A stretch of 64,000 bases of DNA from Candidatus Latescibacterota bacterium. GTDB taxonomy: Bacteria > Latescibacterota > UBA2968 > UBA8231. The stretch covers positions 3,072,001 through 3,136,000 of the forward strand of contig CBDCDC010000002.1 of NCBI GenBank assembly GCA_965215195.1, written 5' to 3'. The position numbers and the translations under genes were made by a program. The notes under the pieces are model-generated. The model saw only the letters and a program-made list of their open reading frames with translations. It had not been told where the DNA came from and did no database searches. Position 1 is the first letter of the stretch, and every line of letters starts with the position of its first letter. Shown here piece by piece: positions 44,883 through 54,415 of this stretch.

Positions 44883-45836
44883 CTACCCCACAATCCCCAG
44901 TGTCTTGAGCGCAATCCCCAAGCCGACGACGATGATGATCACCGAGCTGGCTATGGGCAGCCGCTGAATCCAGCGGCCGTCGCCCGAGAATTGCTCCACG
45001 AGCGGTCGCGCCTTGACGATGAGTACGCCGATGGCGATGAGGATGGCGGCCAGCCCGACGCTGAACGCCACCAAAAGCAGCAGACCAAAGGAAATGCGAT
45101 GCAAGGCCACGGCCAGCAACAGGATCACCAAAGCCCCTGGACAAGGCACGATCCCACCGGAAATCCCCAGCGTTAGGAGACTGCCGAGGGTCACTTTGCC
45201 GGGTATCTCATGGCTGTGCCCGTGCTGGTGCTTCTCTTCATGACTCTGGTCGTGCCCGTGGTGATGTTCCCCATGAGGATGATCGCGGTGGTGCTCTTCT
45301 GCATGGCTGTGCCCGTGGTGGTGCGTCCCATGAGAGTGGCTGTAATCATAGCCTCGCCCTCTGAGATGATTGACCAAAAGCCATGTGCCTAGTCCCATGA
45401 TTAGGAGACCGGACGCCGTGCCGAGATACGGGAAAATCTGTTCCGGAAGGATGTACTGGGAGGCAAAAAGTGCCACTAGGCCCAACAAAATGACGCTCAT
45501 GGTATGCGTGAGGGCGACCACCCCCCCGAGGAAAAGGGCATTGCCTACTGTGCCGCGTGCGCCGACGAGGTAGGCAGCGACGATGGTCTTGCCGTGCCCT
45601 GGCTCTAGGCCGTGGGCCGCGCCAAGGAAAAGGGCGAGGGCCAACGCCCCCGCGATCAGACCGAGGCTCAGCTCTTCAGAGCGCAACATATCGCTGAGGG
45701 CATCCGTTTCCCCGTCGTCAGCGTTTGCCGTCCCGACGACACTGACCTTCGGCAGCCGTCCCGATTCGCCGGGCTCATCCCCCCAAGTCGGGACAGCAAT
45801 TGCCATCGCTACTAGTGCTAGTAGTATTTTCTGCAT
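44883..45836 (-). CDS. RcnA-like nickel/cobalt transporter
   Basis: HGLEPGHGKT, His-rich loop, GIVPCPGA. Confidence 0.9.
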   Translation of the reverse strand: MQKILLALVAMAIAVPTWGDEPGESGRLPKVSVVGTANADDGETDALSDMLRSEELSLGLIAGALALALFLGAAHGLEPGHGKTIVAAYLVGARGTVGNALFLGGVVALTHTMSVILLGLVALFASQYILPEQIFPYLGTASGLLIMGLGTWLLVNHLRGRGYDYSHSHGTHHHGHSHAEEHHRDHPHGEHHHGHDQSHEEKHQHGHSHEIPGKVTLGSLLTLGISGGIVPCPGALVILLLAVALHRISFGLLLLVAFSVGLAAILIAIGVLIVKARPLVEQFSGDGRWIQRLPIASSVIIIVVGLGIALKTLGIVG

Positions 45837-45913
45837 CGCTCGTTCTCCACGGTAGCAGTTACAGCACTTCCTGCACAGGTCTTACCCGGGGTTCTGGCAG
45901 TGGAAGACCCTTA

Positions 45914-46046
45914 GAAGCGGTCTGCAAACTCTCGGCGAACCGCGTTGAGCAGCGGTTGAGCGGCCCTCGGATGGCGCGTTTTTCGAGGGCGAGACGCCCT
46001 CGATCCTACACACAAGGGACGATACCTAGAATTTTCAGACCGCTTC
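45914..46046. mobile_element. 133-bp MITE-like element containing a REP-like hairpin
   Basis: 19-bp TIRs (GAAGCGGTCTGCAAACTCT / AGAATTTTCAGACCGCTTC, 17/19 match), flanked by TA on both sides. Confidence 0.7.
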
Positions 46047-46249
46047 TAAATCGCTTCTGAACTTGCACTTAAAATAAATACTCTTAAAGAAGCATCGTCC
46101 AGAACTCCGTTGCTATGCTCAACATTCGCAGACGCGACTACGGTCGAGGGGTTGGAACATCTCGCGTATCTGCTGAGCCAGCGGCGAATCTGGATAGGAC
46201 CGATCCTCACAAGCGCAATCCCGCTGCGAAGGCGATCCCGAATTGGACA

Positions 46250-47467
46250 CTAAAATAAAAATTTCCGCACAGTTTTCTCTTGAATTTCGGCACCGCCATG
46301 CGAGCTAAATCGCGGGCGGACTCGAATTGTCGTAACAGACTCGGTTTCATCATCAACCAACAAGGCTTCACCTCTACGATTCAAGTTGCGAATGTAGCTC
46401 TTTAAGTCTCCCCCCATATACGTTGCACTCAGTCGGTCAAGTGCATTGATGTCGTCCCAAGTTGTAATTTTGTGCGCGACAATGACGTCGCATTGTGATA
46501 ACAGTTCAGGATCAATCGCGGCCGGCTGTTGCGTCGCTACGACGAGGCTGAGACCGGGTTGACGTCCCTCTTTCACCCAACGAATGAGCATTTCCTTGCA
46601 GAGCGAGGCTCGTCCTTTCGGCACAAATTGATGGGCTTCGTCAATCGCCAGCCAAACCCGCGGTAGCTTCGTTGACAAGCCAAACTCCTCTCTTCGTCTT
46701 TCTCGGGTTCGCTCAGAGAAAAGACGGTGGGCGACAACGTCTAGCACCATATTGCGTAGTCCTTTCGTACCCGCATCAATCACACTTAGGTCTAAAACAT
46801 TGATCTGGTTCAAGAGAAACACATCATTCAATGAGGTAGGTTCTTCTGCGAAGATACCCCATCTATTCGCCGCCGTTAAACGGTTTTCTAAAGCCTCTTT
46901 AGAGGTGTCTTTCGCTCTTGGATCTCTCTTGATTACCGCAAGGATGTCATCAATCGTAAAATGCTGGTCTTTTTCGAGAAGTGTATCAACTGCTCGCCAC
47001 AAAACAATCCCCATCACTTCGTTTATGCCAATGTCAAACAGCTCGCACCACGCCTCGGGAGAGAGATCTGCGGTGCTAATTTGGAGTGGAACAACTTCGA
47101 CATCGTTCTCTCGCAACTTCGTAAGCACTGCGGCATCGCCGTATCGAATCAACGGATCACCAGGGACAATTAGTCTAACGGGGAAGCCACTGGTAAGAAA
47201 TCCGGCATGACGAACTTCATCCGCCTGGGTTTGGTTCGGCAGAGCCATCGTGTGGTAAATTCCCATCGGGTCGGCAATGATAATTGTTGCCTCGCCTTGT
47301 TCTTGGCTGAACAGTTCTTCGACGATGACGCCCATCGTGTAGCTTTTGCCAGAACCACGCTTGCCGCAAATGAATACGGCACGTGCTCCTGTTGCATTCA
47401 TATAAATCAGTTCGCCACTTTCGTATTCAGTACCGATTCGCAAGTTGACCTCTGCCATTTGAATCAC
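46250..47467 (-). CDS. HerA/FtsK-like (DUF87) ATPase
   Basis: GKRGSGKSYT Walker A, IIIADPMG, AIDEAHQF Walker B, GRQPG arginine finger, VATQQP; GTGA overlap with the upstream gene. Confidence 0.9.
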   Translation of the reverse strand: MIQMAEVNLRIGTEYESGELIYMNATGARAVFICGKRGSGKSYTMGVIVEELFSQEQGEATIIIADPMGIYHTMALPNQTQADEVRHAGFLTSGFPVRLIVPGDPLIRYGDAAVLTKLRENDVEVVPLQISTADLSPEAWCELFDIGINEVMGIVLWRAVDTLLEKDQHFTIDDILAVIKRDPRAKDTSKEALENRLTAANRWGIFAEEPTSLNDVFLLNQINVLDLSVIDAGTKGLRNMVLDVVAHRLFSERTRERRREEFGLSTKLPRVWLAIDEAHQFVPKGRASLCKEMLIRWVKEGRQPGLSLVVATQQPAAIDPELLSQCDVIVAHKITTWDDINALDRLSATYMGGDLKSYIRNLNRRGEALLVDDETESVTTIRVRPRFSSHGGAEIQEKTVRKFLF

Positions 47468-48609
47468 CTACCATTTGGGATAATGTCGAATAATGGAACG
47501 AAAGACTCTTGTGCAGAAATTCCACCGTGAAATCCCCACTCCGTCACCTTTCGGTTCCTAGCGATGACTTCATCGTCTGTTAAAACCGTAAATGTCTCTC
47601 CAGATTCAGCAATAGTGATTCCCGACATGTCTGATGAGGTTTCTGCATAAGTATAACGAGAATAACGGGCGGACGTACTCCTTAATTGAACTGGCATCAC
47701 TTTCTGTTCTTTGAACCAGAGAATCCCATGGTCGCTAGTTATAAAAATCCGTACAGTCTTTTCAGACGATCCGACTGCTTCAACAATCTGCTCAATGTTC
47801 AATTTAAGTTGGTTCAGCATCGCTTCAATGTTCGGTTTTTCTCTATGACTATGGCAAACCCCATCAAGTCCTGTCCGCACAATCTGAATGAACATCCGGT
47901 CAGTCAGGTCAGCAGTCTGTAATTTATCCAATACTTCTTCAAAGGTTGTGACGCGAAACAGTTGGGTCGGTGGAAACTCGGAAAAGAGTACATCGGTAAG
48001 CTGATTTTGAGAACGCTCCCAATATGAAAATCCGACCCGCTGTGCGTACCCTAACGCAAACAATCGATGCGTTAAGGGTGGCGACCCGATTAGTCGACAC
48101 ATGCTGCTCGTTGTGATGCTTAGTCCATCAACAAGACATGGTTCACACATCATGAGCCAAGATTCTGGGAATGACCAATCGATCACATTGTACAACGACA
48201 GCCCATCAAACACCAGAAAAACCACAATGTCAGGAAGTGTGTGTGATACGCGATCTGTAATGGTCTGGGCGAGTTGCGATTGTTTCAAGAGTTTCGATTT
48301 ATCTGTGCATAAGGTGTTGAAACGGTCGGGTAATTTCTGGTTCACCCATTCGATTGGAGGAAACGCGGGAAGGTCAATTGTGGGGAAACCGAAAGTGTCT
48401 GTCAATTCTTCGCTTTCAGCCTCTGGGAAGTTCACAAAGAGCACTTCCTTTGTAGGAACTTCCCATGGCGTATCAACAACACCTCGCCATTCTGCCAGCG
48501 AACTGGGACGCCAAATATCAGACAGGCATATTTCCCATAGCCCTTGCGTCTCCTTTGGCAGAGTTGTCAGGCATGGGATTCGCTTTAGAAATTTGAATAA
48601 CCTATCCAA
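47464..48609 (-). CDS. Compact PglZ-domain (alkaline phosphatase superfamily) protein
   Basis: FLVFDGLS, LSITTSS, LDGVCH, ITSDHG and terminal HGGISAQESFVP, matching PglZ metal-binding motifs. Confidence 0.82.
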   Translation of the reverse strand: MDRLFKFLKRIPCLTTLPKETQGLWEICLSDIWRPSSLAEWRGVVDTPWEVPTKEVLFVNFPEAESEELTDTFGFPTIDLPAFPPIEWVNQKLPDRFNTLCTDKSKLLKQSQLAQTITDRVSHTLPDIVVFLVFDGLSLYNVIDWSFPESWLMMCEPCLVDGLSITTSSMCRLIGSPPLTHRLFALGYAQRVGFSYWERSQNQLTDVLFSEFPPTQLFRVTTFEEVLDKLQTADLTDRMFIQIVRTGLDGVCHSHREKPNIEAMLNQLKLNIEQIVEAVGSSEKTVRIFITSDHGILWFKEQKVMPVQLRSTSARYSRYTYAETSSDMSGITIAESGETFTVLTDDEVIARNRKVTEWGFHGGISAQESFVPLFDIIPNGR

Positions 48610-48622
48610 TTCACGCCTCGCT

Positions 48623-51600
48623 TTATGCAGTTGTACGTGAGACTTTGATGTTCAGCCAGTTACGTTGGTATAATTCTTCGAGACTCTCAATAATCTCTGA
48701 AGTTGAACTGAACACTTCATTCGCAGACTGCCTGAGATTAATAATAAGTTCTGTGAAATCTTTGTCCGTATTCATTTCAATCAGATCCAAAAGCACTTTT
48801 GCGTTTGGACTTAGAGCCTATACGAAAATTGATTTACTGTTAATAAAAAGGTCTTGGCAATCTACGCTTTCCTTACCTATTGACCCTCAATCAAGTCCGA
48901 ATTGTCGACCGTTTGACATAATTTTCGTATAGGCTCTTAACTCACTTTTGTCACATCTAAGTTGACCTTGAATGTCTTCCCATCTTTTGAAAACCGCGTT
49001 ACCCACCTCCAAAATCGAATTGAGTGATTCCACCCACTCCGATAACTGGGCGTCAATAGCATCAGGTTTCAGGGCAACTTCCACCTCATTGATCCTATGC
49101 TCCAAATCCAGTACCTCACTGTCTAGGTCAATTGCCTGATTTTTGATCTTGTCACTGACGGTGAAGACCTCAATCGGTTTCATCAATTCGTTTTTTCGTT
49201 TTTCAATGCTTTCAATTGCGGGTTTGATAACAGATTCACGAATCTTCTCAACCGCTTTTTCACGGACTCGGCGGTAGGAACCTTCTTCGTCGGAGGGGTT
49301 GTATTGTTCGCTGATGCTTGGTCTGTTAGTGAGTTGGTGAAGTTGGTTTTCAATAGAGGCTTGAAACCGGATAAAGTCATCTTTTCGGCGTTCAGAGATC
49401 TGGTCAAATTCGATCTTGATTGCGGTGATTTGATTGGAGAAGTACTCGTGATCATCTAGCACCTGCTTGACGGTTTTCGTCTGGTCTGCAAGATGGTGCT
49501 TAATCCGCTGCTGTTCCTCGTCTAGTCTAACACAGAGTTCTTTAACCGCGTCTATCTCTTGGGCATCAGTCATCGTCAGCCGGTCACGCTCAACTTGTCT
49601 GGCAAGATTGCGCCATTTCTCAAATAACTCATAAAGCATTTCAACTTCTGCACACTTCTCGCGAAGTGCATCAATCTTCTTACCAATCGTCTGTATAGAA
49701 CTACGAAGATTAGCTGCCACTGCAATCGCTTTTTCAGAGATTTGATTGGATATGTATTCTTGCATCTTCTCATCGTGAATCGCCCGTACTTGCTTTTGTA
49801 TCTTAGCTATTTCTTGAGGAATGAAGGCATAAGCCTTCCGAATTTCATTGCGGACATCCTGAAACAGTAAAACTGAGAACTCGGTCGCCGGGTGTCCGGT
49901 CTCTTGCTTCAGTACCCTCGGCGGCTCTAATCTCAGTGTTTCACCCTCTGTGGCCTTTCGTTTTAGTTGGTCTGCGGCTGTCCCTATCCACCCCGCACAT
50001 TGCGTTTTGAAAGCGTCCTCAATTGAATTGAGTTTTTGCCGCAATGAATCCTTGCGGACTTCATCGGACTCAATTCCGACTACTTGGAAATCTGCCTGAA
50101 CCGACGATAACGAGTTATCTCCGTCGCTTTCTGGCGTGAAGCCCTTTGATTTTGCCAGTGCTTCCAGTGCCTCAAGCCGTTTGAGTTTGCTCTGCAGTTC
50201 GGCGAAACTGATCTCTGTCTCAACACAATACAGATAATCAATCCCTTGCTGCTGCTTTCTATCGACCAATCCTCTTGCTTCCAACACTTTGATTAACTCC
50301 TCAATTTCATCATTGAGATATCCAAGCCCCGCTTCTTGCTGGAAGACCTCGTGGCATTTTACTGCTTCGGTAGGCTTGCCATCAACAACGATGCTTTCCA
50401 CACTTGCCTCAAGCATCTTCAAAATGCGCTCTTCCATGTCATGGAGTTTGAAATATACAGCGACGGCTCCCTGATTGTTTTTCACGTCAACGCCTTCCGC
50501 TATGGTTTTGCCATTGGCGTCAAGTTCATTAACGAGCAAAAGATCACGCAAAATACCACCTGGATAGAAGGTATTGGAAAAAGTGGTGTGCTGACCAACC
50601 TTAAACATTCTTGGCACCTCTTTGCCACTCATTTTCATCGGTTCCTCGCCCCGTCTCACACCGAGGCTTTCGACATCTTTCAGTGCCAGTATGTAAATTC
50701 CTAAATTCTTTTTCCACTGATGCGAGATCGCCACAGCACGATATGATTTGAACTTCTCCCGTATCAGTACGCCCAAAGCTCGTTCGACAAAACTTTTCCC
50801 GGCCAATACTTGTGCTAAATCTGCTTGCTGTGATACGGCACTCTCCTTGACCTCAACGGAAAAGAAGTAACTGATCAATTGGTCACGAATTCGGGATTTC
50901 AAGAGTTTTACCTGCGATTCCTGTTTCAACTCCTTGATTTGGGCGATAGTCGTTTCTTTGTCAAAGAAGTTGAGCATCGACAAGAGCAATGAAGGAGTAA
51001 CAGACTCTGGCAGAAATAGATCGCCAAGTTTGCCAATATCTTTTGGGATTTCTAGTTTGTCGATCGCTTCCGAGATGTTGAGGTGGAAACAGAGTTTGTC
51101 TGCATGAACATCACAGGTATTTAGAATGTGCTTGTCCTGCTGAGTTTGAAAAATAAAAGAGGCGAACAACTGGCTTTCACGGTAGGCACCGCTAATTTCC
51201 TGGAACTCCTCGGTGCCAACATGGACAGTCAATGTCCGAGCTGGATAATCTCGGAGAGAACTTCCCGACAGTACGGCCTGAAAAATCGGTTCCATATCCC
51301 CCTCCATCTTTTTCAGCCCTCCCCAACCCGTAAAGGACGCTCCAACAGTCTGTGTGAAGATTTCGGGTAGAATGTAATTCGCAAATGACCTGACAGCGGC
51401 GCGATGGGTTTCTTCACTTGCGGGGTTGTACTGATTCCGCAGGATTTTAAGGATTTCAACGAGCGCATCGCCTGCCTGTAAATCATCCTTGTAGTGGGTT
51501 AATGTTGGCCCGGTGATTTTCGTAATAACATGTGTGCCCAACAATCCTTCCACGACCGCCAAGCGGTCTTCACCAGAGATGCCGTGCTTCTTGAAAAGTT

Positions 51601-52834
51601 CCTCCGGTACGCCATCTGGGCAGACGCATAGGAGTTTAACGACCTGCTGTTTCGCTTTGTTAGCACCGATGATGGGTTGACTCATGATTGAGGTGTGTGC
51701 TTTAACCGTGTCGATTTCCTGATTGTTGAAGCAAATGCGACCTTGAGAGATATAATCTTCGCAAAAATCGAAAATTGAATAGGGTTGTTTCGTTTCGCTG
51801 AAGCGTATTGCGGCATATCGAAACACCGCAACAACTGATCGGGGACCACTGATCAGTTGCGTTGTGCGTTGGTGCCCTAAAAACTGCCCGAGGGCAAACA
51901 GCACATCCGGATCGATCGCGTTTTGCTCCTCATTGGATAGTTTACACGCAATGGACAATTTCTCCCAAAGGTCGTGGGCGAAAGATCTATTGTTTTCAAT
52001 TTTTCCATACGCCTGCTCGAGATCAATCAAACTTCCTGTAGGCTTGTTGAAGCGTGCAAACATGTAAGGTTCTCTGAGTTGGATCTCCGAAAAAGTTCGG
52101 CGGTAGGTCAGAACAATACATCCAATTGGGAAACTGTTTTCTTGGAAGATGGGAAAAATAAAGTCCTTGAGTTCAGAAAAGTTCTTGGCGATGTCTGGAT
52201 TCGTATTGGCAAAAAGCTCGAATTCATCCGGCAGAATAAGCAATCCTTTGTAATCTGCCTCAAGAAGCGTTGCCGTTGCCTTCCGTAGGTAGTCAATGAG
52301 GCGGTTCGCGGAAATAGAATCAGTTAGCTCACCTTTCGCTTTGAGCGACTGAACAACCCGTCTGGCGTGATCGAGCGGAATATCTTCTTCTTGACTGGTT
52401 CTGCGGGCACGGTCTTCGTCGCTGCTTTCAATTAGCGTCTTATACCGCTGTTCTAGATCGGGAATCAGATCTGGTCTCTTCGCCTTTAAACGATAACAGA
52501 CCCATCTATGAGTTGCGATAAGCATGTCGGCAATGCTATTCCACGCAAACGGTGGAACAGTAACAATCTCCCGTTGTTCCGCATAATGCCAAAATGAGGC
52601 TGCTGTTGAGGTTTTGCCGTAGCCCGTATCGGCATGGATGAGCCCGGTTGCCGAACGCCCTCGCAGAAGGTTGTTGAGAATGGCATCCCACTTATCGGCC
52701 ATATCGGCAATAGCGACATGTGTTGAGACGTGAAATTGAAAACGATTTGCCCATTCACCTGGTCTCGCCGCGAGGTCTGATGCGCTTGGCGTATCAACCA
52801 CAACACTCTTCTGAATGATCTCTTCCAAAGCCAT
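48623..52834 (-). pseudogene. BrxC-like large P-loop ATPase with coiled coil and C-terminal winged helix, interrupted by a MITE (ORF as present: 48887-52834)
   Basis: Walker A ADTGYGKT, Walker B LLILPDEFE, long coiled coil. Removing the MITE restores the frame to TAA at 48623. Confidence 0.8.
48814..48936. mobile_element. 123-bp MITE with perfect 17-bp TIRs and TTA target duplication
   Basis: TTA-GAGCCTATACGAAAATT...AATTTTCGTATAGGCTC-TTA. Confidence 0.92.
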
Positions 52835-52877
52835 GTGTAATCTCCTCTCCCTAGTCGATCTGGAGCCTGCTTATGTC

Positions 52878-53411
52878 TTATATCGCGTGTTCTGCTAGCA
52901 TTTTAAGTTGTTCCCAAATCCCCGAGCGGTGGCGTTCAAAACTGTCCACCTTATCAATTGGCGAATGGGCAAAAAATTTACGCATCACGCCCTCAATTTG
53001 CGCCACATCTCTATCTGTCAGATCCAACTCAATGCTCCGAACCGCATCATCAATCGGTTGGCGCGTCACCAAAACTACCGACGACGCGCTGGCCCAAAGC
53101 ATATCCCCAAAGATCGACCGAGCTAAATTTCGGGCAGACGGTGCGTTATCAATGATAACTACTGAATTTGGGGAAATTTCCGTTCTTGGACAATTTTCCA
53201 TAGATGAAAAATAGAGACCTTCTGCACAGTGATGGAGATAGTGAGCGAGAAACGTTTTGCCGATTCCTGGATTCCCCCAGAGATTGATACGTTGTTGATA
53301 GTCTCCAATCTCCTGTCGCAAAAACTGACAGACCGCTTGTTGAGAAGTTGTCAAAGCCTCATTGGTTTCCGCCAATGCAAGCAGTTTTCTATGGTGAGAT
53401 TGCCAGAGCAT
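52878..53411 (-). CDS. Small P-loop NTPase-like protein (BrxB/BrxF-like position)
   Basis: INLWGNPGIGKT Walker A; VVIIDN Walker B-like. Confidence 0.7.
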   Translation of the reverse strand: MLWQSHHRKLLALAETNEALTTSQQAVCQFLRQEIGDYQQRINLWGNPGIGKTFLAHYLHHCAEGLYFSSMENCPRTEISPNSVVIIDNAPSARNLARSIFGDMLWASASSVVLVTRQPIDDAVRSIELDLTDRDVAQIEGVMRKFFAHSPIDKVDSFERHRSGIWEQLKMLAEHAI

Positions 53412-53565
53412 CGAATTTAATTCACAGATGTTTTGCGTCTCATTTTTACCGTTTGTTGATGCTTTCGCAGCAACTCAGTACGTTCTTGCCAGAAAGCCAG
53501 TTGTTCTTTGAAACAGACGTATCCGCATATACGCTCAAAATCTGTGTATTCAACTTTCAATCCTC

Positions 53566-54405
53566 TCAATCAAGAAAATCCCTGACCTCAAGCTCCTGAT
53601 TTAACACCACGTAAACCCCGTCCCAACTCCGCTGTACCGACAGGTACGAGATTTGACGCAACGCCTCGTCAAGCATGAGATCAAAACCGGTTTCGTCAAT
53701 GAGACAGAAGCAACAAACGGCTTGTTTTCGCTTGTCGTCAATTTTGACCAACTCCCCAAATGATGTATCAGACTCTCGCACAATATAACTGAGTCCCATC
53801 ACAAAAAGCGGTGTTGAACAGAATGGTCGTTGTGCGAATGTCGCGCCCTTAAGTGATTTGCCGCCACCCTCGCCGTTCGCGAAGACGGGCGGCTCTAAAG
53901 GCAGGAGCCAATCGTAAGCATCTTTGATTGATTTACTGGAGAACGCATTGCCAATATCCAGCGGAATCACTACTTCGTCAGAAGCACGAAGGTCATTGAT
54001 GTAAGCCACCAGTTCCCGATCTCTATCCGGCAACGTCTGCCGTGTCCACAGGTAGTCACAGATGTTTTTGTACGCCCACGACGCAATGTTTTGTTCAGGA
54101 GCGTTTTGTGTCCATAGACCGTATTGCCGTGCGTGTAGAAAATCAATTGCGGTACTTCGTTTCGTTTCCCACAAGAAATAGAAAGCCTCGCCTTCGGGAG
54201 TTAATGACCTGCTTTTTCCATCTGCGAATCCCCATTCGCTTAATAGCTGAACTGCTTCATAACGCGCTGTATCCGTTACTGTGTATCCATTTTCCAAAGC
54301 GATTTTGACCATTCGCCGAATTGTAGTAAGTCCAGGGTGATATTTGTGGACCCACAATGCCGACTCCAAATCCGAAAACCCTTTTAGAATGTGCGAGCGT
54401 ACCAT
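53566..54405 (-). CDS. Hypothetical winged-helix-type protein (BrxA-like by size and position)
   Basis: ATG 54405 with GGAGG RBS; LLSEWGF...SLTPEG wHTH-like segment. Assignment is by context only. Confidence 0.55.
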   Translation of the reverse strand: MVRSHILKGFSDLESALWVHKYHPGLTTIRRMVKIALENGYTVTDTARYEAVQLLSEWGFADGKSRSLTPEGEAFYFLWETKRSTAIDFLHARQYGLWTQNAPEQNIASWAYKNICDYLWTRQTLPDRDRELVAYINDLRASDEVVIPLDIGNAFSSKSIKDAYDWLLPLEPPVFANGEGGGKSLKGATFAQRPFCSTPLFVMGLSYIVRESDTSFGELVKIDDKRKQAVCCFCLIDETGFDLMLDEALRQISYLSVQRSWDGVYVVLNQELEVRDFLD

Positions 54406-54415
54406 AAATCCTCCG

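Noticed and set aside
48887-48936. C-terminus RAYTKIMSNGRQFGLD of the 1315-aa ORF as the native end
   Set aside because: These residues are read from the inserted MITE.
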